Shown here in pieces: positions 30,404-39,546 of a stretch of 64,000 bases of DNA. The DNA lies in IMG/VR virus record IMGVR_UViG_3300042923_000569, positions 124,001-188,000 of that record. The stretch is one strand, 5' to 3'. The translations under genes and the position numbers were made by a program. Each line of letters starts with the position of its first letter. Within the stretch, counting starts at the first letter, position 1. The notes beneath the pieces were generated by a model, which ran no database searches, was not told where the DNA came from, and was given only the letters and a program-made list of their open reading frames with translations.

Positions 30404-30970
30404 TTACGTATAATACTTCGCTAGAAGAGTCTCCTTACGATTTAATATACGTTGTTTTTCTTCATGTACTCTTTGCATTTCTAACAGCTTTTCTTCTGCG
30501 TCTTTTGCTTCACGCAGGGAAAGATATACTCCTTTAAACCATTCGTGGTCGGCACCTTCAAATAAAACAATATCATCAACTATTGTTACATCTCTAGTAA
30601 GGATGAAATAGATCCCATGAATTTTATCGAAAATAACTTCAGGATCTACTTCTTTTGAGTTTGCCCCGTACTTTTGCGAGTCAGGTAAGCATTCCATGAT
30701 TACTTTATCATTAATTACCAAACTTACATCGTCCGAACCCTTTTTAAATTTACGGGTTGCTTCTATGATTTCAAAGCGATGTAATTCAGTAGCAATAGTT
30801 TTGACCAACATAAATTGAGAATGCTTTAAAGATGAAAGCTTTCTCTTAACATCAATTATCTGTTTCCTTCTGCGTGTCTTTACGTCAGGAGTTTTTATAT
30901 CGTTAACAAACTCTTTAAGCATTTTGCTGTTTTTACGTAAGAGTAAAAACATCATAGTATTTTCATTCAT
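30404..30970 (-). CDS. hypothetical protein, paralog family B
   Basis: LLRKNSKML...IIDVKRKLS...HRFE. Confidence 0.65.
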   Translation of the reverse strand: MNENTMMFLLLRKNSKMLKEFVNDIKTPDVKTRRRKQIIDVKRKLSSLKHSQFMLVKTIATELHRFEIIEATRKFKKGSDDVSLVINDKVIMECLPDSQKYGANSKEVDPEVIFDKIHGIYFILTRDVTIVDDIVLFEGADHEWFKGVYLSLREAKDAEEKLLEMQRVHEEKQRILNRKETLLAKYYT

Positions 30971-31422
30971 TAACGATACTCCGTTAAAATATCAAGACGT
31001 TCTTGTTCTTTTGTATGTTTGATCATTGTTTCCTCAAGGTGTTTTTTAGCCCTGATTAGGCAATGAAATGCTACAGCAAAGCCCTTATGGTTGGTATCAT
31101 TAAACACAGTAATAGAGTCAACATCAATCGAATTTTGTTTGATTGTAAATGTTGTACCAGTTTTAGTATCAATCAATTTAGGTTCGAGCGTTCCTGTACC
31201 GAGTAATACTTTACTCAGTACTTCATCTGAACCATATACTGTTTCAAAGCGATCAATATCAGTTGCCATGATACGCATAAGATTACGCAAACTACTGTCG
31301 AGTTTAGAGTACTCGTACTTAATATTAATTAAGAATTTACGATCATTATTAGTAGTAATGCCATCCTTTAGTACCGTGCGACTTTTACGAAGCAAAGCAA
31401 ACAGCATATCTGACTTGTTCAT
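30970..31422 (-). CDS. hypothetical protein, paralog family B
   Basis: LLRKSRTVL...LINIKYEYSKL...DRFE. Confidence 0.65.
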   Translation of the reverse strand: MNKSDMLFALLRKSRTVLKDGITTNNDRKFLINIKYEYSKLDSSLRNLMRIMATDIDRFETVYGSDEVLSKVLLGTGTLEPKLIDTKTGTTFTIKQNSIDVDSITVFNDTNHKGFAVAFHCLIRAKKHLEETMIKHTKEQERLDILTEYR

Positions 31423-31427
31423 TATTA

Positions 31428-31730
31428 TTAGCCTTTTATCATTTCAACTATTTCGTTGAACACTTCAATAATCACATTTCCATGACATGGAAGAGGTGTA
31501 CACGAGCACCCAATTCTTTTACCGGAAAGACTTAAAATATCATTTATTGTAATTCTACCATCTTCGATACATTCATACAAATGTTCGCGGTACATTTCAA
31601 TAGAAACAAGTCGAGAAATCCCCTGTCCTAAATCAATAGGATGAGGATTTCCCCAAATAGTACCACGACCGATATAAATGTCAAATTCACCTTTATGTCT
31701 ATTGACAAGTACTGGTGTGATATATTCCAT
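31428..31730 (-). CDS. DUF4326-like protein
   Basis: DIYIGRGTIWGNP...LSGKRIGCSCTPLPCHGNVI. Confidence 0.85.
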   Translation of the reverse strand: MEYITPVLVNRHKGEFDIYIGRGTIWGNPHPIDLGQGISRLVSIEMYREHLYECIEDGRITINDILSLSGKRIGCSCTPLPCHGNVIIEVFNEIVEMIKG

Positions 31731-32233
31731 CAGTTATATGCTGCCTCTACTTTCGATTTCATTACTTGATTTTCACGTTCACGCTCGAACTTTTGAATAT
31801 TATTTTTAATGTACATAATTCCTTTCACTGCCATTATGAACATCTTATAATCTACTAATAGTTTAGAAATATTAGTACCGTCACTTAGCTCAATATTGTG
31901 ATTAGAATCATAGCTATGAGACTCAAATTTGTAATTAGTACTTTTATCATGTACTTTATAATAAAGATAGTCTTCACCAAGCATATCATCTATCCATACA
32001 TCAAATGTTTCCATTTGCTTATACATCTTGATAATAATAGTTCTTACCAGATTACTACAACGACTTAATGCATACTTAATATCGATTATATCTTTTCTTG
32101 CAGCATCTTTGCCTTGTGGATGTTCATTTATATAACTATTAAGGGAAGCAATGCTTCCCTTCATCAAAAATGCTATAATATAATCTGATTCTGTTGGTCT
32201 ATAATGTCGTTTTAGAATCATCAGTATCTCCAA
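31730..32233 (-). CDS. hypothetical protein, paralog family B
   Basis: LMKGS...IIDIKYALSRC...ETFD. Confidence 0.6.
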   Translation of the reverse strand: MEILMILKRHYRPTESDYIIAFLMKGSIASLNSYINEHPQGKDAARKDIIDIKYALSRCSNLVRTIIIKMYKQMETFDVWIDDMLGEDYLYYKVHDKSTNYKFESHSYDSNHNIELSDGTNISKLLVDYKMFIMAVKGIMYIKNNIQKFERERENQVMKSKVEAAYN

Positions 32234-32978
32234 AAATTAACTGTACTTTTTCTTCAGTACTCAAATCTGAAAACTTACGATCTGGAATAACTTCGTCAAT
32301 CTTAGAACGGGTAACTTCATTTCCTTCGTGTTCTTTAATATAAGTTACACGTTGGAAGAAAGTACCTTCTTTGAATAATTTAGGATATTCATTCCAGTTG
32401 ATACCCTTCTCAATTAGAAGCATATCTAATTTTTCATTAGTACTTTTACCCTGCAATGAACTGTGGCTGAAGTTCGCATATGCAGCCATCGAAATACTAT
32501 TACGCACTGCATCCTGATTACGCCATACGAAACAGTTCACAGCTTCAATTTTAGAAGGAACCTGGAACATTCGGCAATCAAATACAGGAAGACTTTTTGA
32601 ACATTCTTCGGGATATGCTTTAAGTGCAAGTTCAATAAACTTTGCAGTTGCAAGAGCAGACAGTACTGAAACCATCTTTTGTTTCTTACCACTGAAGAAA
32701 ACATCACTTTCCATACTTTTCTGCAAATACACAAGACTGATTTCATCAGACTGAGTATACCCAATACATGCACCAGTTTCTTTTACAAGATACTTAGTTA
32801 CTTCCTGCATGATGATGGACATATCCATATCAAAAGGTTTCTTCATTGTACGTGTAAAATTACTGAAAGAACGCCCATCAATACGAGCGTAGATTGGCAG
32901 TAACGGCATGAATTTATCTGAAGTTTCAGCCTTTTCATAAAGCTTAATACGATCACCAAGTTGCATGAATTTTTCCAA
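32199..32978 (-). CDS. thg1: tRNA-His guanylyltransferase (Thg1-like)
   Basis: RIDGRSFSNFT, YTQSDEISL, FDCR, WRNQDAVRNSI. Confidence 0.92.
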   Translation of the reverse strand: MEKFMQLGDRIKLYEKAETSDKFMPLLPIYARIDGRSFSNFTRTMKKPFDMDMSIIMQEVTKYLVKETGACIGYTQSDEISLVYLQKSMESDVFFSGKKQKMVSVLSALATAKFIELALKAYPEECSKSLPVFDCRMFQVPSKIEAVNCFVWRNQDAVRNSISMAAYANFSHSSLQGKSTNEKLDMLLIEKGINWNEYPKLFKEGTFFQRVTYIKEHEGNEVTRSKIDEVIPDRKFSDLSTEEKVQLIFGDTDDSKTTL

Positions 32979-33285
32979 TTAATTTGTTAGGTAGTTCAAT
33001 ATCGATATAAAACATCGTCCGGCTTGTTAACGCCTTGATGTTTGCAAATACACGTTCGCCTGAATTAACTATCATCTCAACTGAGACAATATGTGTAATT
33101 CCATCAGCGTTTGTTTGAACATGATGTACTAATACATCATCAACACCTGAGAAATTTCTTTTAATATGACTACTAAACAGAGCACTATAAAGTTCGTCAG
33201 CCTTGTAGTTTTTCATTCGTGTAGATTTGAAAGACACGATTTTGTTCCTCAAGTGATTTAAGTTCTTCTTGTAGCTCGTATTCAT
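32953..33285 (-). CDS. hypothetical protein
   Basis: 110-aa ORF. Confidence 0.55.
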   Translation of the reverse strand: MNTSYKKNLNHLRNKIVSFKSTRMKNYKADELYSALFSSHIKRNFSGVDDVLVHHVQTNADGITHIVSVEMIVNSGERVFANIKALTSRTMFYIDIELPNKLIGKIHATW

Positions 33286-33799
33286 TCTTTTTCATTATCT
33301 TCAAAGATTGAAATACCCTAGCCATCATTAATGTTTCATTGGGATTAAGAAATTTTTCACCATTTATATAAACTGATGGATTTCTTATTCTATTTTCCTG
33401 GCCAAAATCTGAATTGAAATTGTAATAGTTAAACCTTACCTTTGTAACCGTATCTACAATATGAGTAGAAGAAGTTAAAGATTCTTTTATTTCAAAACGT
33501 TTTGGGTCTTTTGCCATAGAGAATAGCATAGCAATGACTTCAGCCCTGCATTTACTAATATCATATTTCAATGTAATTAATTCACGTACTGCATCTTTTG
33601 AGTTCACAAAACAATCACAGTACTGCTGAAGTTTACGAGAACTCTTGCGTATCATAAGTACCGGAAGATGCATGACAATTTCTTCATGCTTATCAGGATT
33701 GCTAATCTTTATTTCCGGTTCTTTGTGTACGCGAGTCATTTTTGGTATGTATCCCATCAACTTTTCCCACATGGTATATAAAAATCCCTCCGTTGTCAA
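33197..33799 (-). CDS. hypothetical protein, paralog family B (start probably ~33757)
   Basis: IRKSSRKL...LITLKYDISKC...KRFE. Confidence 0.6.
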   Translation of the reverse strand: MTTEGFLYTMWEKLMGYIPKMTRVHKEPEIKISNPDKHEEIVMHLPVLMIRKSSRKLQQYCDCFVNSKDAVRELITLKYDISKCRAEVIAMLFSMAKDPKRFEIKESLTSSTHIVDTVTKVRFNYYNFNSDFGQENRIRNPSVYINGEKFLNPNETLMMARVFQSLKIMKKNEYELQEELKSLEEQNRVFQIYTNEKLQG

Positions 33800-33859
33800 G
33801 GACTTTTTTGTTTTATTTTAAAAGTTTAAATTTCTCACTGAGAGACATTGTAACAGACG

Positions 33860-33886
33860 AAAAAAAAGCGGTCAAGTGACCGCTTA
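33860..33886 (-). terminator. intrinsic terminator after the family C tail genes
   Basis: AAGCGGUC-ACUU-GACCGCUU plus U-tract. Confidence 0.85.
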
Positions 33887-33889
33887 AAA

Positions 33890-35596
33890 TTAATTCCAAC
33901 GTGTGCCAGGAGCAGACGGAACGCCTGTGCTGGTGGGTATAGCCGAACCTTTCTTAGTCGTACTGGTACGATAAGTTAAGAATCTAGTGACCTTTTCAAT
34001 GGAAATAGTACTGATAGAACTTGCTCCAGTAACAACAGTACCAATATATACTCTCCATAATTCTTCAGAAAGTAATGTAGTACTGATAAAGTAATTAGCT
34101 TCTCCTTCCAAATTAACAACATAAACGTAAAATGTTTTGTTTGCTGGCGACGAATCAATTGTAGTTAAATCTACAATAGTCTTAGACAACTGATAAAAAG
34201 AACCATTTATTAAAACTGGCATATCCTGATTAAAAAACAGTTTAAAACCAATTGGTTCGTTATTAGATTCAACAACTATATTTGAATTAATAATATCTGA
34301 AAGAGTTCTATCGTTTACATTTAAACTATTATATAAAGTTGTGAAATTATCTATTTTACCTCTAATAACACTGTAATAATCATAATCAACATACCTTGCA
34401 TTAGAACTAAAGACTATCCCATCGTCGGTTTGGAATAATGAAGTACCTGCATTGATATTAGAATTATAGCCATTATAATTCTCTAAATCAAAGCTATATG
34501 GATTATCTATTTCTATTACATTATTTGTTGATTCAATTTTTATAGAACCATTATTCAATGTATCAAATGAATATGATTTAGTATCTATGTTATATGTAAA
34601 ACTAATACCATACGTATCTGACTTGGAACCAAAACTAGCTTCCGCGTAAAATCTATGAACTATTGAAACTCTAACATCAGAGTTAGACTCATTGCACTCT
34701 GCATTTAATAAACCATAACTTGTTATATAAAATGGGTTAGCATTGGTGTTGTCATCTTCCAATATTAAGGGTGAATCAGTCGAAGACTTGCTAACAATAG
34801 TGTTAACTACATTAATATGATTTGAATTAGATACCACGCTTCCAAATAAATTATTACCAGATATTCCTGAAACTGCATTTAATGAGGCAGTACTACCATT
34901 AATAACATCAGATGTGTTTAACGTGTATAAACTTATATTAAATGCATCATCTTTGTTGTATGAATCTATACACCATATATAGATCAAATCCCCTACAATG
35001 TGTATGTAATTGGGATTGGTATTTGGTATCAACGATCTATCAAATTCTAGAAAAGAGTGATAGTCTTGGTCAAATGTTCCATTAGTTAATGCAATAGCAT
35101 ATGTTAAGTTACTGCCATTGATGATTTTCATCATTAGTACTTGATCTGATTTACTAGCTATGAAATCATCAATCTGATATGAGCTTGTAAAAAAACTTGG
35201 TCTATATTCTAAATTAGTGTTGATGGGAGTAAGATCATCCGCAATTCTGGCGTTTTTCAAATATGAGTAGTAAAAACGTTCAGTACTTCCATTATTAGTA
35301 GGTCGAATAATAACTAACGTCCCATTATTTTCCAATATTGTAGGGAAACTGTTTTTGGATGTTGATGTTGTCGGAACTGCTGCTGAACTCACATTTATTG
35401 GTAGATAATCTTGAGTCCCTACGCGAGTAAGTGGAGACATAGAGATCATATTTTCGATGTAAAGCTTATCATAATAGGGGATATTAATATCCCCTGTTGA
35501 GTCTGCTTGGAGATCATTAATCTCTCTGATAGTGTTCAAACCATTGATTTGAATATTACCAGATGAGCTTAAATCACCGTATATTTTTTTTGCCAT
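33890..35596 (-). CDS. tail fibre/baseplate-associated protein, family C (568 aa)
   Basis: S/T/N-rich beta-strand protein sharing N- and C-terminal modules with its two neighbours. Confidence 0.6.
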   Translation of the reverse strand: MAKKIYGDLSSSGNIQINGLNTIREINDLQADSTGDINIPYYDKLYIENMISMSPLTRVGTQDYLPINVSSAAVPTTSTSKNSFPTILENNGTLVIIRPTNNGSTERFYYSYLKNARIADDLTPINTNLEYRPSFFTSSYQIDDFIASKSDQVLMMKIINGSNLTYAIALTNGTFDQDYHSFLEFDRSLIPNTNPNYIHIVGDLIYIWCIDSYNKDDAFNISLYTLNTSDVINGSTASLNAVSGISGNNLFGSVVSNSNHINVVNTIVSKSSTDSPLILEDDNTNANPFYITSYGLLNAECNESNSDVRVSIVHRFYAEASFGSKSDTYGISFTYNIDTKSYSFDTLNNGSIKIESTNNVIEIDNPYSFDLENYNGYNSNINAGTSLFQTDDGIVFSSNARYVDYDYYSVIRGKIDNFTTLYNSLNVNDRTLSDIINSNIVVESNNEPIGFKLFFNQDMPVLINGSFYQLSKTIVDLTTIDSSPANKTFYVYVVNLEGEANYFISTTLLSEELWRVYIGTVVTGASSISTISIEKVTRFLTYRTSTTKKGSAIPTSTGVPSAPGTRWN

Positions 35597-35605
35597 AAGT
35601 TATCC

Positions 35606-38362
35606 TTACCAATTTATTGTTCCGGTTTGTGCTGGGTTACCAGTACTAACAGGGAATGCAGAACCAATTTGTGTCTCACTTGGTCGGTAAATTCCGAAGC
35701 GTGAAACCTTGCTAATATTTAGGTCAGAAACTTTTGTACCATCAGTCTGAATATTACCAATGTACATATTAGTTAGACTTTCAGGAATTTCAGTTAAACT
35801 AACTTTATATTGTGGTGTCCCTGAACTTGAATCAACGTAAACGTAGAACTTTGTATTGCCGGGATTACTTTTAATTGTGCTTAAATCAATTGAAGTTATT
35901 GGCATTTCAAAGAATTTACCATTCATTAGTACTGGAGTGACTTCAGTGAAATATAAGTAAAATCCTTGAACAACATCCTGTGCTAGTATAACAGTAGGTG
36001 TAGAAGTTCCTATTGAAGCATCATTACCAGCAGGCATATTATTTTGGAATTCTGCCAAGGTTTTTCCTCTGTAATCAAATACCAATTTAGTACCTCTGTC
36101 TGTTTTCTCAAACATATAAAACCCAAATCCATAATTAGGAATATAGCTATATTCTCTTGCAGTAGGATATAAATCAGGAGCATGATAACTGTTACTTTGT
36201 TTAAGGGAAGTTAAAGTACTACCAGATTTTACACCTGCATATGAATATTCTTGGCTGTCTCCAGGAACGGTCACATTTATTGCATGTGGTAAAGAAACGT
36301 ATGTAAAATCACTATAAACAGCAACACACATGCCTCCATGTCGTACCATTTCAGATGTAAATTTACCATTACCAGTTACTGTAGTAATATCATTATTCAC
36401 ATAATTATTAATTATTGTATTCAATGAAATTGCAGTAATTGCATCACCAGTTAACGTAACATTAACTGACGCAATAATTTGATTTCCACCTAAACCAGAG
36501 GTATTAACAGTACTGATACATAAAATACTATTGAAATATGAAGTATCTGGTGAAAAATACAAACCTGCCAAACTAGCAGAAACACTTAAACCCAATGACG
36601 ATATAATTGAATTTTTGATATTTGTTAGTAGTTGGTTAGATACTGTTATAGTTCTATCGTATGTTAAAGTCGATGGATTTAATTTATATCCACATGATAG
36701 AATATCATTCTCAATAAACAAAGTACCATAAAATGATACATTACCAGAAGCATCACAATAAGAAACTCCGCCATATGTATTCGGCATTAAAGGAACTCTA
36801 TCAATTTGTGGAGCATAACCAGTCATCGTACCGCTTGTAAACGAATTATAATTATAAGTTCTGGTAGTTCCAATCTCGGAAACACCTTTTTTGTATTTTG
36901 TGTATGGTATTCCTTCATATGTTCCAGTCCCACTAAAAATAATTTTAGAGGTATCAATAGGAATTCCACCCATCAATTGGTCACCAACACGTGATGCATA
37001 ATCAGAAGATACTATATATACACTAGGATTATTAAATGTTCTATTTCTGAAATTATACGCATCCACCTTATTTGTAAATGAAGCAATTTTACCAGAGTAC
37101 ACATTATAATTATCACTTAAAACATATTTCTCTCTAATATAGTACTGTGTACCGTTGCTAGTTATGTAAATTGTTCCATGTAAACTATCAGAAAATGCAT
37201 TATCAAATCCATATAAATTCTGACTTGTTATTGAATATGGATTAGTGTAAGTAATAGCACCGGTATTCCCACCTATACTAGTAATAGGTGTGTTTGATAA
37301 ATCTGTTGTAAATGTGTTAGTACTAATATTATATTTCGTGACAAATGAATAATATGTATCATATCTATTTGTTTCATTGGTACAAAACATATTTGTTGAG
37401 AAGTTAATATTAATATTTGTCCCATCAAAAATACACTTAGCCATTCCTGGCATAGAATAAGTATATGGTGATATATTTGAAAACACCGAATTATATTTTA
37501 TAAATGAATTTGATGAAGTACCAATAGTACTAGCCCATGCATCTGCAATTCTTATAAATGGCTGAGAACCCTGTGCACCGTACATAGTATTACCGTTTAT
37601 TCCAGTAACACGTTCTACTGTATTAATAGTCCCAGCATTTATTTCAGAAACTGGAATTCTATAAAGAATGAATTCAAATGGATCTGAAATATTATATTGT
37701 ACATTGTATGGAAAGTTGGAATTAAAAACCGAACTATATAAACACACAATGTATACATACGAACCAGCAACAGTTGCAGTTAGAATGCTATACGGAGTGA
37801 GTGACCGTGTATAAGTGGCTGATTTATGTAAATCTTTATCCATAGTTCCATTAGTAAGAACAACATGAACTACATTATTACCAACTTCTTCATATACTAA
37901 ACAATTTGATGTATCTGAATCATTGAAAAGAATATTATTCCATGAACCTTCATAGTACTTATTGATTGTAGTATAAGGTCGCATAGATGAATCTGGATTA
38001 TTGATATAAGTATAGTAGTAGTTAATAGTACTACCGTTTGTACCGGGACGTAAGTACACCAATGAACCATCATTTTCAAGAAGAACTGGCATAGCTGCAT
38101 AATATGAAACTGTACTACCACCATCAAATGTACCAGCAACACCAGGGCTGTTATTATTCAATGCACCATATTGTGAAAATGGTAACTGGTCGAATACATT
38201 ATCAATACTATCTTTGAGATCGATAGGCAATTCAATAACACCATCAGTTTCAGGTGTATATGTAATATTGTTGCCGGTTAATTTAACATTTAAACCAGGT
38301 TGTTTACCTTGAACTATCATAGTTCCGGTGGTTTTAACGTCACCTTTAATATTATAAGACAT
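35606..38362 (-). CDS. tail fibre/baseplate-associated protein, family C (918 aa)
   Basis: PVLLENDGSLVYLRP matches PTILENNGTLVIIRP of the 568-aa copy; C-terminus GSAFPVSTGNPAQTGTINW. Confidence 0.6.
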   Translation of the reverse strand: MSYNIKGDVKTTGTMIVQGKQPGLNVKLTGNNITYTPETDGVIELPIDLKDSIDNVFDQLPFSQYGALNNNSPGVAGTFDGGSTVSYYAAMPVLLENDGSLVYLRPGTNGSTINYYYTYINNPDSSMRPYTTINKYYEGSWNNILFNDSDTSNCLVYEEVGNNVVHVVLTNGTMDKDLHKSATYTRSLTPYSILTATVAGSYVYIVCLYSSVFNSNFPYNVQYNISDPFEFILYRIPVSEINAGTINTVERVTGINGNTMYGAQGSQPFIRIADAWASTIGTSSNSFIKYNSVFSNISPYTYSMPGMAKCIFDGTNININFSTNMFCTNETNRYDTYYSFVTKYNISTNTFTTDLSNTPITSIGGNTGAITYTNPYSITSQNLYGFDNAFSDSLHGTIYITSNGTQYYIREKYVLSDNYNVYSGKIASFTNKVDAYNFRNRTFNNPSVYIVSSDYASRVGDQLMGGIPIDTSKIIFSGTGTYEGIPYTKYKKGVSEIGTTRTYNYNSFTSGTMTGYAPQIDRVPLMPNTYGGVSYCDASGNVSFYGTLFIENDILSCGYKLNPSTLTYDRTITVSNQLLTNIKNSIISSLGLSVSASLAGLYFSPDTSYFNSILCISTVNTSGLGGNQIIASVNVTLTGDAITAISLNTIINNYVNNDITTVTGNGKFTSEMVRHGGMCVAVYSDFTYVSLPHAINVTVPGDSQEYSYAGVKSGSTLTSLKQSNSYHAPDLYPTAREYSYIPNYGFGFYMFEKTDRGTKLVFDYRGKTLAEFQNNMPAGNDASIGTSTPTVILAQDVVQGFYLYFTEVTPVLMNGKFFEMPITSIDLSTIKSNPGNTKFYVYVDSSSGTPQYKVSLTEIPESLTNMYIGNIQTDGTKVSDLNISKVSRFGIYRPSETQIGSAFPVSTGNPAQTGTINW

Positions 38363-38371
38363 TATTTTCCC

Positions 38372-38953
38372 TTACCACGTAATATTCCCTGTTTGTGATG
38401 GCAATCCAGTACTTACAGGGAACGAAGCTCCTGCTGCTGTAGTGCTTGGACTAAACACATCTAATCTAGAACGTGAAATTATGTTTGTTGCTGAAATTCC
38501 AGAAATGTTTGTTGTAATCGTTCCAATCCAGAATATATTGTATGCATTAGCCCCTTCTTCAGCAATTACTGATGTAGTAATCAAGTACTTTGGAAGCCCT
38601 TGTGACATAGTTACATATACATAGAATGTACTACTTGCTGGATTGGTTTTTATTTTTGTTAAATCAATGGTTGTAATTGGAAGCATTAGGAAATTACCAC
38701 TTAACAGTGCTGGGTTAGCAGAGTTAAATGTTACATTGTATCCCGTATACGTAACAAGACCTGAATTGGGTACAAAGTTAGAAACAGGTAAAACACTAAT
38801 CATCTCAATTAATTGGTCTGATGTATAAGCGTCTACTGTGAAACCATTTGTTGCTGTATCACGTGCAGTTCCGTTTATCGATGTAATTACTGCTTTACCA
38901 TCCGAATATGCGGTTTTTCCAACGTTTAACGTCCCTTTAATTATTTTCGACAT
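38372..38953 (-). CDS. tail fibre/baseplate-associated protein, family C (193 aa)
   Basis: Only the shared N-cap and C-terminal module (GASFPVSTGLPSQTGNITW); late promoter upstream. Confidence 0.6.
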   Translation of the reverse strand: MSKIIKGTLNVGKTAYSDGKAVITSINGTARDTATNGFTVDAYTSDQLIEMISVLPVSNFVPNSGLVTYTGYNVTFNSANPALLSGNFLMLPITTIDLTKIKTNPASSTFYVYVTMSQGLPKYLITTSVIAEEGANAYNIFWIGTITTNISGISATNIISRSRLDVFSPSTTAAGASFPVSTGLPSQTGNITW

Positions 38954-39006
38954 AATATATCCCTTTATTTAAGATATGCGTTAATGTATTTATTGGGGGT
39001 ATAAAC

Positions 39007-39036
39007 AAAAAAGGCACCCATGAAGGGTGCCTTTTT
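39007..39036 (-). terminator. intrinsic terminator after nrdG
   Basis: AGGCACCC-UUCAU-GGGUGCCU plus U-tract. Confidence 0.85.
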
Positions 39037-39039
39037 CTA

Positions 39040-39546
39040 CTAATAATCTTTAGTTTTTATCAATATTCTCTGATTTTCCGAACCACGGAATGGGAGATTT
39101 AGATTTTTAAACTCTTCCATAAATTTACCATCAACCAATACATCAATGTAATTGAGAATATCTTTTGCATGATTTTCCAAAACTTCTTCCAATGTATATC
39201 CTGTCCAGCACCAAATATTTTTATTAGGAAATTTACCTTTTACTATCTTGCATAGTTCATAAACAGTACTAATATTTTTCGGCATCAATGCGTCTCCACC
39301 GAGTAAGGTTAAACCTTCAACGTAAGGTTTTGATAATTCCGTCAGTATAATATCTATTTGCTCTTTACCAAAAACAGATCCAGAACGATAATCCCAAGCT
39401 TCTTCGTTAAAGCAACCAGGACATCCATGACTACATCCTGATACATATAGCGTCACTCTAACACCAGTTCCGTTTATTAAATCATCTTTTACAATAGTTT
39501 GATAATTCATATTACGACTCGATTTTGGTATGTTTGGTTCGTTCAA
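39040..39546 (-). CDS. nrdG: anaerobic ribonucleotide reductase activase (radical SAM)
   Basis: GVRVTLYVSGCSHGCPGCFN; FRGSENQR. Confidence 0.95.
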   Translation of the reverse strand: MNEPNIPKSSRNMNYQTIVKDDLINGTGVRVTLYVSGCSHGCPGCFNEEAWDYRSGSVFGKEQIDIILTELSKPYVEGLTLLGGDALMPKNISTVYELCKIVKGKFPNKNIWCWTGYTLEEVLENHAKDILNYIDVLVDGKFMEEFKNLNLPFRGSENQRILIKTKDY

